Assembly (NCBI RefSeq): GCF_913055775.1
Contig: NZ_CAJXJX010000001.1
Span: 1-59,443, forward strand
Direction of reading: 5' to 3'
Length of the DNA stretch: 59,443 bases
Source of the DNA: an uncultured Demequina sp.
GTDB taxonomy: Bacteria; Actinomycetota; Actinomycetes; Actinomycetales; Demequinaceae
Shown here piece by piece: positions 9,892 through 20,048 of this stretch (position 1 is the first letter of the stretch; every line of letters starts with the position of its first letter). The notes below the pieces were generated by a model. The model was not told the origin of the DNA and did no database searches. It saw nothing but the letters and a program-made list of their open reading frames with translations. The position numbers and the translations under genes are program-made.

Positions 9892-11490
9892 TCACGTGAC
9901 GGTGCCGCCGCTCACGGTGAAGTTCCTGCCCTTGAAGAAGATGCTGCGGTAGGGCGAGGTGTAGAAGCGCTGGCCGGTGTTGCCGGTCAGCGTCGAGTTT
10001 CGGATGGTGAGCGAGCCCGTGAGGTTGTTGGAGACGTAGAACACGGCGGGACCGCCCTCGGGAGCCTTGTTGCCGGTGATGGTCGACCTCGTGATGGTGA
10101 CGTTCTGGTTGGTGCCATCGAAGTAGATGGCGCCGCCGTTGCCGCCGCGCCCGCTGGAGGCACCCTGGCCCGTGGCCACGTTGCCCGTGAACGTGGAGTC
10201 GGTGATGCTCATGGGGGCCTGAAGCGAGCTCACCGCTCCCCCGTTGGCGCACCTGTTGTCGGAGAAACGGGAGTCGGAGATGGTGACGCCTCCGCTCACG
10301 CCCGTCACGCGGATCGCGCCACCGCCGGCGTCGGAGTGGGCGGTCACGCAGCGGTTGGACGTGAACCACGCGTCCTCCACGGTGAGCGTGCCGCCGCGCA
10401 TCGCGATGGCGCCGCCACCGCCGCCGCCCGGGAGCACGGCGACTCCGGCAGGAGAAATGGAGGCGTTGCCCTGGGTGAAGCCGATGTTGCGGAACGTGAT
10501 GTGCGGCGTGGTCGAGTTCTGGCAGCTCGAGGACAGCCACCCGAACGACTCTTCACAGCTGTTGGCGTAGAAGATGCCGCGAGAGCCCCCGCCGCTCAAG
10601 GTGATGAGCCCTCCGCCGTCGAGCGTCATCGAGGCAACGCGGGTTCCCCCTTGCCAGAAGTGTTCACAGGTATCGGTGTTGCACGTCATCAGCGTCTGAT
10701 TGAGCCGGATGGTGAGGGCGCGTGGGCCGCAGTCGAAGGACACGTTCCCTCCACCGAGCACCGCGCGGGCCACGGCCGCCGAGGTGCACGACGCGGGGGT
10801 GCCGTTGCCCACCACCACATTCGAGCCGTTGCGCTTCACGACTCCGGCCCCGGTGCCGCCGGTCCGGTGCTCGAACCGGTACATGAAGGCCGCCATTGCA
10901 TCCCGCGCGATGTTCCACTGCGGCCGGTACGTGTTGTTGGACGACCAGCCTCGCGAGATCCCCGTCTGAGCGAGCCAGGTCATCTCCTTGTAGAACTTCG
11001 AGGTGGGAGAGATGTCCGCGAACGGGGACCAGCGCGGCGCCGTGTAGGAGGGTTTGCCGGCGAGGCGGTACAGGAAGGCCGCCATCGCGTCGCGCTTGAC
11101 CGGCTCGAAGGGTCGGTAGGTGCCGTCTGCGTATCCGGTGCTGATGCCCCTCTTCGCCAACCAGGTGATCTCTTTGTAGAACTTGGTGCGCGGCGTCACG
11201 TCGCGGAAGGGGGACTTCGCGGGCGCGGTGAACGCCGGCTCACCGGCCAGGCGATACATGAATGCCGCCATCGCGTCACGCGTGATGGGCAGGTGCGGCC
11301 GGAACGTCCCGTCCGAGTAGCCGGTGGAGATGCCCTGGCCCGCCAGCCACTCGATCTCCTTGGCGAACGGCGCGCCCTGGGGGACGTCCGAGAACGAGGG
11401 TGCTGCCGCGGCGCTCGAGGCGCTGACCAGCCCGCCGAGCATGAGAGCGAGAGCCGTGAAGGCGGATGCGGCAGCGCGGCGCCAGGTCAT
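9892..11490 (-). CDS. Secreted S-layer homology (3x SLH) protein with C-terminal beta-helix domain
   Basis: Signal peptide MTWRRAAA...AAA; three F.DV...ITRDAMAAF SLH repeats; GGAI/F..N repeats typical of pectin-lyase-like or Pmp beta helices. Confidence 0.85.
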   Translation of the reverse strand: MTWRRAAASAFTALALMLGGLVSASSAAAAPSFSDVPQGAPFAKEIEWLAGQGISTGYSDGTFRPHLPITRDAMAAFMYRLAGEPAFTAPAKSPFRDVTPRTKFYKEITWLAKRGISTGYADGTYRPFEPVKRDAMAAFLYRLAGKPSYTAPRWSPFADISPTSKFYKEMTWLAQTGISRGWSSNNTYRPQWNIARDAMAAFMYRFEHRTGGTGAGVVKRNGSNVVVGNGTPASCTSAAVARAVLGGGNVSFDCGPRALTIRLNQTLMTCNTDTCEHFWQGGTRVASMTLDGGGLITLSGGGSRGIFYANSCEESFGWLSSSCQNSTTPHITFRNIGFTQGNASISPAGVAVLPGGGGGGAIAMRGGTLTVEDAWFTSNRCVTAHSDAGGGAIRVTGVSGGVTISDSRFSDNRCANGGAVSSLQAPMSITDSTFTGNVATGQGASSGRGGNGGAIYFDGTNQNVTITRSTITGNKAPEGGPAVFYVSNNLTGSLTIRNSTLTGNTGQRFYTSPYRSIFFKGRNFTVSGGTVT

Positions 11491-11618
11491 GACTGAACCC
11501 CCGAACGAGTGACGAATCGGACTTACCGTATCGGCTCGACGCCCGTTTCGACAGGACCTTGCGCGAGTCGCTCGCTCCGTTCGCACCGCGAATGACGCGC
11601 GGCGCCGGGCGGGGCGCC

Positions 11619-12347
11619 CTACACGACGGCCGGCACCTCGCCATCCCGCGCCTGAACCGCGTGCGGCGTCCGCGGCGACTCCCGCAGCCGCGCGACCTGC
11701 CCGCCCCACGCGAGCGCCACCGCCACGGCACCGCCGGTGACGATCGCCTCGAGCAGACCCCACGCCGCATGCTGCGGCAGGAGGGCCTGTGCGACGGAGA
11801 CCGCCGCTCCCCCAGCGGCTTCCGCGGTGGCCAGGGTGAGGGCCGATGCGGTCACGCTCACCCACGCACCTGCCGCGGCCGCCACGGCGGCCACACCGGG
11901 CGATACGTCAGGCGGCACGTCAGGAGAGCCGCGCAGGCGCCCCACGACCAGCACGACGCCGCGATAGACCCCGTACCCCACCAGCACACCCACGACGCCC
12001 ATCACCAGCACGTTCACGCCCAGCGCGGCCATCCCGCCATCACCCAGCAGCACGGCCTCAAGAACCAGGACGCCCGCCATGGTGAGCACCGCGAGCGCCG
12101 GCCCCACGGCCACCGCCAGCAGCGTGCCTCCGATGAGGTGCGCGGTATGGCCTCCATACAGGGGCACGTCGGCCATGTGGGCCACCGCAACCGCGCCCGC
12201 GCCGGCCGCGGCAAGACCCCAGCGCGGCGCCCGGCCTCGCACGGCACCACGCCGCACCGCCACCGCGGACCACGCCACCGCGCCCACCGACGCCGCGCCG
12301 GCCACCGCCAGAACACCAGGGTCCAGAACCCCATCAGGAATGTGCAT
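11619..12347 (-). CDS. cbiM: ECF-type nickel/cobalt S component (NikM/CbiM)
   Basis: N-terminal MHIPDG metal-binding motif, HLIGG, DGG..ALGVN, multiple TM helices; GGGAG RBS. Confidence 0.85.
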   Translation of the reverse strand: MHIPDGVLDPGVLAVAGAASVGAVAWSAVAVRRGAVRGRAPRWGLAAAGAGAVAVAHMADVPLYGGHTAHLIGGTLLAVAVGPALAVLTMAGVLVLEAVLLGDGGMAALGVNVLVMGVVGVLVGYGVYRGVVLVVGRLRGSPDVPPDVSPGVAAVAAAAGAWVSVTASALTLATAEAAGGAAVSVAQALLPQHAAWGLLEAIVTGGAVAVALAWGGQVARLRESPRTPHAVQARDGEVPAVV

Positions 12348-12365
12348 GATCGTCTCCCTTGACCA

Positions 12366-13193
12366 TCAGCTCAGCACCGCCGCCGGCGCCGAGTACGTAC
12401 ACGCATTCACCGCGCCCAGCTCGTGCGCGGTCGATCTCTTGAGATCCGCCAGATCCAGCGGCGAGAGCCGGTCGCACACCCAGTCCCAGTGCAGCGACAC
12501 CACGTCCCCCACGGCCAAGCCGTCGACCAGCGCGTGCCCATCACGCCGCACGCGCACGCTCTCCAACACCGCAGCCCCGAGCCCCAGCCGGCGCCCGTTC
12601 CACGTCAGCGGCCGGCTCGCCACGGTGGCGGAATCACCGGTCACAGCAGTCACCTGCCCCCACCGGATCCGGCACCGGTCCAGCACCTCGAGCGGCTCAC
12701 GCCCGTACCCACCGCGCAGCAGCCCTACCCACGGGTAGACCGCAAAAACATGGAAGCTGTGGTGCGGCGTCGCGCCCACGCGCGCGGCCTCCACCAGCCG
12801 CTCGAACTCCTCGCGCGACAAGCGCGGCCTGAAGCGCGTCTCGAGCGAGTCGACGAAAACGGCACCACCGCATCGGCCCAAAGGAGGCCCTCCCAGCCAA
12901 TACGTCCGCACGACGAGCGGGTCCAGCGGCGCGCGCCCCAGGCACTCCGAGATGAGTTCGAGGTACGGCCACGCGCCCTCGAAGCCCTGCGCGACGTGCT
13001 CCAACTCTTGTCCGGAGGCGCCCTCGCTGACGCGCTCGAGCAGCTCGGACGCGCGGTCGGGACCGCAGTAGCCGCGCTCGTTCGGCGGCAGGGCGTAGCG
13101 CCCGAACAGCACGGCGCCGTCCGCCTCGACCGGCGCGGGATCGGCGGTGGGCCGGGTGGCGGTTGCGTCCGGCCGATGCGGGGTGACAGTCAT
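12366..13193 (-). CDS. DUF6390 family protein
   Basis: GAVLFGRYALPPNERGYCGP, AWPYLELI, PHHSFHVF and CRIRWG motifs; ATG overlaps the EamA stop (ATGA). Confidence 0.75.
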   Translation of the reverse strand: MTVTPHRPDATATRPTADPAPVEADGAVLFGRYALPPNERGYCGPDRASELLERVSEGASGQELEHVAQGFEGAWPYLELISECLGRAPLDPLVVRTYWLGGPPLGRCGGAVFVDSLETRFRPRLSREEFERLVEAARVGATPHHSFHVFAVYPWVGLLRGGYGREPLEVLDRCRIRWGQVTAVTGDSATVASRPLTWNGRRLGLGAAVLESVRVRRDGHALVDGLAVGDVVSLHWDWVCDRLSPLDLADLKRSTAHELGAVNACTYSAPAAVLS

Positions 13194-14113
13194 GTCGCAC
13201 CTCGCCTTCCGTACGCGCCCGGCAGGCGCGGGGCGAGCCAGATCATGACGCCCGCCGCGGCGATGAGCGCCAGCCAGGGGGCCGATGCGCCGACGGCCGC
13301 GCCGTCGAACGCGCCGGCCAAGGCGGCGGTCACGATCGCGCCGAGCACCAGCACCGCTGTGACGTCCACCGCGGGCGCCCGCCACAGCGCCTGGTGCCAG
13401 GTGAGGACGTAGCCCGCGAGCAGCACCCCGGTGAGCAGCACCCACCCCCACTGCACCGCGGTGGTCGGCCAGATCGCGCCCAGCGTCCCGGTCGCCGCGG
13501 ACCACAGAAGCAGCGCGAGAGTCCCGCCCGCCATGCGCCAGATCGACACCGTCCAGGGAGTCACGTCGCGCAGGAGCCGCTTGGCGACCACCACCTCGAC
13601 CGCCCACAGCAGAGTCGCGCCGGCGATGAGCGCCGTGCCCACGTCCGCGGCCAGCGCCACGTTGCCCGCGAGCCCGAACTGCGCCACCACGATCAGCGCG
13701 ACCGCGCCCACGTGCCACCACGTGAGCTTCTCCTTGAGCGCGATCACGGCGATCACGGCCACCCAGACGATGAGCGTCTTGTGCAGGAACGCCGCCTGCA
13801 CGGACGCCGTCGACGCCAGCCCCTCGAAGAACAGCACGAACGGCACCGCGCCTCCCAGGATGGCCACGTATGCCAACCCGACCCACTGCCCGGGGCGAGA
13901 CGGGCGGGTCACCGCCACCGCATCGGCGCTGCCCACCGCCCGCGCGAGCACGAACGCCAGCGCGATCACCACCGCCGCCATCGTGTTCTTGGCGGTCGTG
14001 TACGCGGAGGCGGACCCATACGCGGCCACGCCGTTGGAGTTGACCCAGATCGCGACGCCCGAGATCAGCGCGGTCACGCCCGCGAGCGCGAGGCCCCGGT
14101 TGCGCGTGCTCAT
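13190..14113 (-). CDS. DMT/EamA family transporter
   Basis: About 10 TM helices, LFFEGL...LKEKL EamA-type motif; coupled to hypC. Confidence 0.8.
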   Translation of the reverse strand: MSTRNRGLALAGVTALISGVAIWVNSNGVAAYGSASAYTTAKNTMAAVVIALAFVLARAVGSADAVAVTRPSRPGQWVGLAYVAILGGAVPFVLFFEGLASTASVQAAFLHKTLIVWVAVIAVIALKEKLTWWHVGAVALIVVAQFGLAGNVALAADVGTALIAGATLLWAVEVVVAKRLLRDVTPWTVSIWRMAGGTLALLLWSAATGTLGAIWPTTAVQWGWVLLTGVLLAGYVLTWHQALWRAPAVDVTAVLVLGAIVTAALAGAFDGAAVGASAPWLALIAAAGVMIWLAPRLPGAYGRRGAT

Positions 14114-14334
14114 GTCGACGCCTCCTTCCCGCGGATCTTGAGCGCGTCCACGGCCTGCGACTCCGTGAGCCGCTCGAGGGCGAAGCCCGCATGGACCACG
14201 ACCCAGTCGCCGGGCTCGATGTCGTCATCGGCGACGGTCATCTCGAGCACCTCCTGGCGCACGCCGTCGTGCTCGACGATGGCTCTGCCGTCGCGGTGGA
14301 CCTCGATCACCTGGGCGATGGTTCCGAGACACAT
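14110..14334 (-). CDS. hypC: Hydrogenase maturation chaperone HypC/HupF
   Basis: MCLG N-terminus and GDWVVVHAGFA motif; AAGGAGG RBS. Confidence 0.92.
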   Translation of the reverse strand: MCLGTIAQVIEVHRDGRAIVEHDGVRQEVLEMTVADDDIEPGDWVVVHAGFALERLTESQAVDALKIRGKEAST

Positions 14335-14822
14335 GACTCCTCCTTGATGCCTTCTTGGGCGAGCACGTCGGCCACGGCGGCGACGGCAGCGTCAATGTGT
14401 TCGCGTACGGGCACGGACAGGTGCCCGTACGCGAAGGTGCCGGCCTCAACGCCCACGATCGCGACGCGCTCGGGCAGGGTGTCGAGCGCGCGCGACAGCT
14501 CGACCGCGCCCGCGAGCCCGAAGGCGTGGCTCCCGCCGCGGCCGGATGCGGTGAAGGCGTGCGTCGGCAGCGGCGGCGCCTTGGCGCCAGCCTCCATCAC
14601 GCGCACTGTCCCGGGGTTGCGTCCGGACATCACGGCGTCGACCACCACGGCGGCACGCTTGCCCTCCCAGGTGTGCACCAGCGCGGTCGGGTCCTCGCGC
14701 GTGGTGACGGTCACCATGCCCCCAAAGGCCGCGCGGATGCGGTCCGCGACCACCTCGCCGATGGCGTCGTCTCCCCTGTCGGGCGATCCCAGCCCGATCA
14801 CGATCACGTCCCGGGCGCTCAT
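14307..14822 (-). CDS. Hydrogenase maturation endopeptidase
   Basis: VIGLGSPDRGDDAIG, VVVDAV and SHAFGL motifs; ATG overlaps the large-subunit stop. Confidence 0.9.
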   Translation of the reverse strand: MSARDVIVIGLGSPDRGDDAIGEVVADRIRAAFGGMVTVTTREDPTALVHTWEGKRAAVVVDAVMSGRNPGTVRVMEAGAKAPPLPTHAFTASGRGGSHAFGLAGAVELSRALDTLPERVAIVGVEAGTFAYGHLSVPVREHIDAAVAAVADVLAQEGIKEESCVSEPSPR

Positions 14823-16126
14823 GACCGCTCCACCCTCAGGTCCAGGAAGTGGGTCGCGCAGGAGATGCAGGGGTCGTAGTTGCGGATGGCCTCCTCGCAG
14901 CGGTGCGTGAGGGTGTGGTCGTCGAGGTCGACCCACTGCTGTGCGGCGGTGCGGAGGTCGTGCTCGATGCTGGCCTGGTTCTGGCTGGTGGGCGGCACGA
15001 TCTGCGCGTCCTCGATGATGCCGTCGGCGTCGATCCGGTAGCGGTGCCAGATGGTGCCGCGTGGAGCCTCGGACGCGCCCACGCCCTCCCCCGCCCGAGG
15101 CTCCACGGGCACCGACGGCGGGTGGCCGTCCGTCCAGCCGTCGATGATGCGCAGCGCCTCCTCGAACGCATACGCGAGCTCGACGCACCGCACGATGATG
15201 GACTTGAACGGGTTGCGGCAGGTCTCGGCCAGCCCCGCGGCGAGCGCGGCCTCCTGACACCGAGAACTTAGCTGGTCAAAGCTGTTGGAATACCGGGCGA
15301 GCGGACCGACGAAGTACATGCCGCCGTCGAAGGTCGCGTGCAGCGCGTTGGAGTGCTCGACGTGAAACTCTTTAATGTGTGAAGCAATCTCCGCCACCGG
15401 GAAACGCGTGCCGTTCGACGCCACCACCTCGGTCCCGCGCTCAAGCGGATACCACTGCGGGTGGCGCAGGGACACGTAGGTGTACGTCTGCTCCATGTCG
15501 GGGAAGTCGAAGCCGGCGACCAGTTCGACGGCGGCGAGCGCGTCCTCGAGCCCGCGCTCCAGGTCCGGGCGCAACCCCTGCAGCTCCGCGACGGTGGGCA
15601 TCCGGTAGAAGCCGCCCACCTTGACGTTCACGGGGTGGATCGCACGGCCTCCCACCACTTCCATCAGGTCGTTGCCGGCCTTCTTGAGCCGCAGCGCCAT
15701 CTTCACCACGTCGCCGTGCGTCTTGGCCATCTCGATGACGGACTCGTACCCAAGGAAGTCGGGCGCGTGCAGCATGAAGATGTGCAGCGCGTGAGACTCG
15801 ATCCACTCGCCGCAGTACAGCAGGCGGCGCATGTCCTGGATCGCGTCCGTGGTGGTGACGCCGCAGATGGTCTCCATCGCCTCCGTGGACGCCGACTGGT
15901 ACGCCACCGGGCAGATGCCGCAGATCCGCGCGGTGATGTCCGGAGGCTCCGTGTACTTGCGGCCGCGCAGGAAGCCCTCGTAGAAGCGCGGGGGCTCGAA
16001 GATGTTGAGCTTGACGTCGACCACCTGGCGATCGCGGATCTCGATGTGCATGCCGCCCTCGCCCTCGACGCGCGCGAGCATGCCGACGTTGAGAACCTGT
16101 CCGCCGTCCTTCAGCTGATGCGTCAT
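14819..16126 (-). CDS. hyhL: Group 3b [NiFe]-hydrogenase large (alpha) subunit
   Basis: ARVEGEG, L1 RICGICP, EAPRG, L2 DPCISCATH followed by a short cleavable tail. Confidence 0.93.
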   Translation of the reverse strand: MTHQLKDGGQVLNVGMLARVEGEGGMHIEIRDRQVVDVKLNIFEPPRFYEGFLRGRKYTEPPDITARICGICPVAYQSASTEAMETICGVTTTDAIQDMRRLLYCGEWIESHALHIFMLHAPDFLGYESVIEMAKTHGDVVKMALRLKKAGNDLMEVVGGRAIHPVNVKVGGFYRMPTVAELQGLRPDLERGLEDALAAVELVAGFDFPDMEQTYTYVSLRHPQWYPLERGTEVVASNGTRFPVAEIASHIKEFHVEHSNALHATFDGGMYFVGPLARYSNSFDQLSSRCQEAALAAGLAETCRNPFKSIIVRCVELAYAFEEALRIIDGWTDGHPPSVPVEPRAGEGVGASEAPRGTIWHRYRIDADGIIEDAQIVPPTSQNQASIEHDLRTAAQQWVDLDDHTLTHRCEEAIRNYDPCISCATHFLDLRVERS

Positions 16127-16953
16127 GACGCGCCTCCCGTCTCGACGGCGTTGCTCGCGGCCTCGAACTCGGGCGCCCCCGCGTTGAAGGTGCGATAGAC
16201 GCGGACGATGTCCGCATCGGCCATGCCCAGTTCCGTCAGCTGCTGGGTGAGGGAGTCCGTGTTGGCGCTGTCCTGCGGGCCGAAGCAGCCGTAGCACCCG
16301 CGCCCATACGACGGACACAGCGCCCCGCAGCCGGCCTGCGTCACGGGTCCCAAACAAGGAGTTCCGGTCGCGATCGGAACACAGAGATTGCCCTTGAGCT
16401 TGCACTCCACGCACACCGAATACGACGGAATGCGCGGCTTGCGGCCGTTGAGGAACGCCGCGAGCACCTCGATGAGCTGCTTCTTGTCCACGGGGCAGCC
16501 GCGCAGCTCGTAGTCGACGTCCACGTGGCTCGCGATGGGCGTGCTCGTGTCCAGCGTCGACAGATACTCGGGGTGCGCGTAGACGATGGACCGGAACTCG
16601 TCGACGTCCGCAAAGTTGCGCAGCGCCTGGATGCCGCCGGCGGTGGCGCACGCGCCGATGGTCACCAGCGTCCCGGACTGCGCGCGGATCTCGTGGATGC
16701 GCTCCACGTCCTCGGGCGTGGTGATGGAGCCCTCGACCAGGCTCAGCTCGTAAGGGCCCTCAACCACGGCGCGGGTGGCCTCGGGGAAGTACGCGATGTG
16801 GACGTTCTCCGCGATGGACAGCAGCTCGTCCTCGCAGTTGAGGATGGAGAGCTGGCACCCGTCGCAGCTGGCGAACTTCCAGACGGCCAGCTTGGGGCGC
16901 GCCGATGCGGGGGCCGGGTTGGCGGTCGCGTGGTCGTGGGTGGCGGCGGTCAT
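16123..16953 (-). CDS. hyhS: Group 3b [NiFe]-hydrogenase small (delta) subunit
   Basis: [22 protein letters not shown] and the C-terminal Cys cluster CVEC...CLGP...CGALCP...CYGC. Confidence 0.92.
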   Translation of the reverse strand: MTAATHDHATANPAPASARPKLAVWKFASCDGCQLSILNCEDELLSIAENVHIAYFPEATRAVVEGPYELSLVEGSITTPEDVERIHEIRAQSGTLVTIGACATAGGIQALRNFADVDEFRSIVYAHPEYLSTLDTSTPIASHVDVDYELRGCPVDKKQLIEVLAAFLNGRKPRIPSYSVCVECKLKGNLCVPIATGTPCLGPVTQAGCGALCPSYGRGCYGCFGPQDSANTDSLTQQLTELGMADADIVRVYRTFNAGAPEFEAASNAVETGGAS

Positions 16954-16954
16954 C

Positions 16955-17869
16955 TCACAGCTCCCTCACGCTCATGAGCGGCTCGAGCCGGTCGTAGCTC
17001 AGCACGGGGCCGTCGACGCAGATGAACAGCTCGCGCAGCTGGCAGTGCCCGCAGAGGCCTATCCCGCACTTCATGGACCGCTCCATCGACATGCGGATGT
17101 GGTTCGCGGCGACGCCGCGCGCGGTGAGCGCCTGGGCGGACGCGCGCATCATCGCCTCCGGCCCGCACACGAACGCCCACGCGCTGCGTGGGTCGAAGCC
17201 GGCGCGACCGATGAGCTCGGTCACGAAGCCCACGCGACCCTTGTAGCCGTAGGGGGCGTTGTCGACGGTCATCTGGACGTTGACGTCGTTGAGGTCGGCC
17301 CAGCGGCGCATCTCGTCGCCGTAGAGGATGTCGTCGGGGGTCCTCGAGCCGTAGAGCAGCAGGACCTTGCCGTAGGCGTCGCGCTCGGCCAGCACGTCCA
17401 GGATGGCCGGCCGCAGGGGGGCCAAGCCGATGCCGCCGGTAACGAAGACGACGTCCCCGCCCCGCGCATCGGCCGCATCCCAGGTGGTCCCAAAGGGGCC
17501 ACGGACTCCAATCTCGGTGCCGGGCGCGGCATTCACCAGTGCGCGCGTGACGGCGCCGACGTTCCTGATGGTGTGTTCGAGAGGCTCGCCGGCGTCGGTG
17601 CCGCGCGGGTCGCCGGCGATGCTGATGGGCACCTCGCCCACGCCGAACGCGTGGAGCATCGTGAACTGGCCGGCGGCGAAGCGCAGCGGCTCGCCGTCGA
17701 GCGGCTCCAACAACAGGGTGAAGGTGTCGCGGGTGTCCTGGCGCACGCGGGTGATCGCGAAGCGGCGCGGCACCATCGGGGCCGGCGGCGGAGCGAGCGT
17801 GTCCGCAACTGACCCTGCCGCGACGGTCGCGCCGTGGCCGGGTATGGCTGGGTTGCGGATGTCGTCCAT
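16955..17869 (-). CDS. hyhG: Group 3b hydrogenase FAD/NAD(P)-binding (gamma) subunit
   Basis: GQFTML, RGPFG, GGIGLAP, VCGPE and [11 protein letters not shown]...CVDGP [2Fe-2S] motif. Confidence 0.92.
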   Translation of the reverse strand: MDDIRNPAIPGHGATVAAGSVADTLAPPPAPMVPRRFAITRVRQDTRDTFTLLLEPLDGEPLRFAAGQFTMLHAFGVGEVPISIAGDPRGTDAGEPLEHTIRNVGAVTRALVNAAPGTEIGVRGPFGTTWDAADARGGDVVFVTGGIGLAPLRPAILDVLAERDAYGKVLLLYGSRTPDDILYGDEMRRWADLNDVNVQMTVDNAPYGYKGRVGFVTELIGRAGFDPRSAWAFVCGPEAMMRASAQALTARGVAANHIRMSMERSMKCGIGLCGHCQLRELFICVDGPVLSYDRLEPLMSVREL

Positions 17870-17901
17870 GACACGCCTCCACTTGCGACGCTATGCCGCT
17901 G
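17856..17901. repeat. 46-bp exact direct repeat, copy 1 (-10, RBS and start of hyhG)
   Basis: CGGATGTCGTCCATGACACGCCTCCACTTGCGACGCTATGCCGCTG, identical to 19989..20034. Confidence 0.95.
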
Positions 17902-17915
17902 AGGTAGAAGCGCCA

Positions 17916-17929
17916 GGGACCAAGGTCCG
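17916..17929 (-). promoter_or_regulatory. DosR/DevR-like box upstream of hyhG
   Basis: GGGAC-CAAG-GTCCG against the consensus core GGGAC-N4-GTCCC; same spacing to ATG as the hyhB copy; -10 TAGCGT at 17888-17893. Confidence 0.65.
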
Positions 17930-18073
17930 GGGAGAGGCGTAGGGGTCACTCGCGGCTGCTTCACGAATTCTTGAAACAGCGTGAGAGCCGTTGTGCAAGA
18001 GCAGGCACGGCGCTCTCCGGAGCGGCGCGCCCCTCGACCTCGCCCCCGTACTCTTGATACTTGAAGAAGGGCG

Positions 18074-18283
18074 GTGAATGGCGTGTCTGGCTACGTGATC
18101 TCGTACCACCGCAAGAGCGGCGCGAGCGAAGTCAAGTCGTTCGAGGGTCCCAACGGTCACCGCGAGGCCTTCGCGGAACGGTTGCGTATCGAGAAGTCCA
18201 ACCACGACCCTGACCTTGAGATCGTGGGCGACTCTCTCGAGTCAGTCAAGCGCACGCATTCGCGATACTTCTCCCGCGCCTGA
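18074..18283 (+). CDS. Small hypothetical protein
   Basis: Compact ORF GYVISYHRKSG...DLEIV.DSLESVKRTHSRYF with GC3 bias and a purine-rich upstream segment (GAAGAAGGG); start may be GTG 18083. Confidence 0.6.
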   Translation: MNGVSGYVISYHRKSGASEVKSFEGPNGHREAFAERLRIEKSNHDPDLEIVGDSLESVKRTHSRYFSRA

Positions 18284-18297
18284 CAGCACGTTCGACA

Positions 18298-18732
18298 TCA
18301 CTGAATGTCGAACTCGTCCTCCAACTTGAGGAGCTCCTCGAGGGCCTCGCGCTGCGCGCGCACTCGCTTGGCGCGCAGGTCAGCGACGTCGGCAGTCTTG
18401 ACTCGGGTGTGCGTGCCCACCTTGTGTGAGGCCAGTTCCCCGTCGCGGATCAGCTTCATCAGCGTGGTGCGGCTGACGCCCAACTGCTCGGCAGCCACCG
18501 TCGTCGTGAGCTCCGGCGGCACGGAACCAACCGTGACACTGTGACCATCCGCAACTTCGTGGAGCACGCGCGAGAGGAACTGGACAAAGCCAGCGGAGAG
18601 CTCGGGAGCAGTTTGCAGGTCGAGCGATGCGCCGTGCGCAGGCATCGATCGCTCGAGGAAGTCGACGAGTAGTTGCGCCTCAGCACGCTCGGCCTCGTCA
18701 GCGAACACAGTGGACGATGCGGTCCCAGTCAC
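18298..18732 (-). CDS. Excisionase-family (HTH_17/MerR-like) DNA-binding protein
   Basis: ELTTTVAAEQLGVSRTTLMKLIRDGELASHKVGTHTRV motif; GGGAGG RBS before GTG 18732. Confidence 0.85.
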   Translation of the reverse strand: MTGTASSTVFADEAERAEAQLLVDFLERSMPAHGASLDLQTAPELSAGFVQFLSRVLHEVADGHSVTVGSVPPELTTTVAAEQLGVSRTTLMKLIRDGELASHKVGTHTRVKTADVADLRAKRVRAQREALEELLKLEDEFDIQ

Positions 18733-18762
18733 GGCAGCCTCCCAAGCCACGGTCAAGATACA

Positions 18763-18784
18763 AGTATGCGCGCCTACACTGACA
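18763..18784 (-). promoter_or_regulatory. PafBC/RecA-NDp-like promoter of the excisionase-family gene
   Basis: Minus strand reads TGTCAG-TGTAGGCGCG-CATACT, 30 nt upstream of the GTG. Confidence 0.6.
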
Positions 18785-18814
18785 TATGCAACTGAGTGCC
18801 AGTTACAACTGACA

Positions 18815-20002
18815 TTACCCTGCTTCTGCCGTGGCCGGAGTCGGAGCGACGCCGCGTGCGCGTCCCAGCGCCGCGGCCTCCTCCACGATGTCGATGCCCG
18901 CGGGGCACCACGTGATGCAGCGGCCGCATCCCACGCAGCCGAGCATGCCGAACTGGTCCTCCCAGGAGGACAGCTTGTGGGTGATCCACTGGCGGTAGCG
19001 CGACTTCGCGGACTCGCGCATGGGTCCGCCGTGGATGTAGCTGAACTGCTCGGAGAAGCACGAGTCCCACACGCGGTGGCGCTCGGCGTTCTCTCCGGTG
19101 AGGTCGGAGACGTCGGAGACGGTGGTGCAGAAGCACGTGGGGCATACGAGCGTGCAGTTGGTGCACGCGAGGCAGCGGGTAGCGATCTCCTCCCAGCGGG
19201 AGGATTCGGCTGATGCGCGCAGAGTGTCCGCGACCGTGTCCGTGTCGATGGCTCGGCTTTGTTGCGTGGCCGCGTGGGAGGTGACGGCGAGGGCCTCGTG
19301 CGCGTCGTCGAGGGTGGCCGGCGTGGTGTCGATCGCGTCCGCGACCTCGAGGCCGGCGGCGCTGCCGACCTCGAGGACAAAGTGGTGCAGGTCGGGGTCG
19401 CTCGGGGCGATCTCCGTGAGCAGCAGGTCATACGACGGTTCGCCGGTCTGGGGGTTGGTGTCGCTGGGGCGCGGGCCGGTGCCCATGGAGGCGCAGAAGC
19501 ACGTCGCGGCCGGGTCCGAGCAGGCGACCGCGACCACGAAGGTGCCGTCGCGGCGGGCGGCGTAGTGGGCGTCGATGTACTGTCGGCTGGCGAGCACAGT
19601 GTCGTGGATCTGGACGGCGCGCAGGTCGCACGAGCGCGTGCCGAGGAGTGCGATCTTGCGGCTGGTGTCGGGGGTGTCGCGCTCGACGGTGAAGTGGTCG
19701 TCCTCGCCGTTGTCGCGGCGGCCGCGCCAGATGACCTCCTCCGCCGGGAAGAACACGGGCTTCGAGGACTGGGCGGGGGCGGCGAAGCCAAAGTAGGCGC
19801 CATCGCCGCGCTCGCGCAGGCGGTACCGGGCGGGGTCCTGCTGGTCCCCGACCCCCTGCGGGAGGTCGGAGGCCGCACGGATCTCGCCGGTGACGATCGC
19901 ATCGCCCCGGACCGTGGGCCCCATCACCTGATAGCCGCGCTGCCGCAACTCGTCGATGAGGGCGCCGAGCCCCGATGTCGAGAGGATTCGGATGTCGTCC
20001 AT
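18815..20002 (-). CDS. hyhB: Group 3b hydrogenase 4Fe-4S dicluster (beta) subunit
   Basis: [32 protein letters not shown] and [12 protein letters not shown] motifs. Confidence 0.92.
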   Translation of the reverse strand: MDDIRILSTSGLGALIDELRQRGYQVMGPTVRGDAIVTGEIRAASDLPQGVGDQQDPARYRLRERGDGAYFGFAAPAQSSKPVFFPAEEVIWRGRRDNGEDDHFTVERDTPDTSRKIALLGTRSCDLRAVQIHDTVLASRQYIDAHYAARRDGTFVVAVACSDPAATCFCASMGTGPRPSDTNPQTGEPSYDLLLTEIAPSDPDLHHFVLEVGSAAGLEVADAIDTTPATLDDAHEALAVTSHAATQQSRAIDTDTVADTLRASAESSRWEEIATRCLACTNCTLVCPTCFCTTVSDVSDLTGENAERHRVWDSCFSEQFSYIHGGPMRESAKSRYRQWITHKLSSWEDQFGMLGCVGCGRCITWCPAGIDIVEEAAALGRARGVAPTPATAEAG

Positions 20003-20034
20003 GACACGCCTCCACTTGCGACGCTATGCCGCTG
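19989..20034. repeat. 46-bp exact direct repeat, copy 2 (-10, RBS and start of hyhB)
   Basis: Identical to 17856..17901. Confidence 0.95.
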
Positions 20035-20048
20035 TGCGCGAGGCGCTA

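Noticed and set aside
18298-19902. Apparent 534-aa ORF spanning hyhB and the excisionase-like gene, and other long N-terminal extensions (12366..14228, 14819..16651, 47023..49785)
   Set aside because: Off-frame open stretches through upstream genes; internal starts with RBS or stop-start overlap explain the real proteins.
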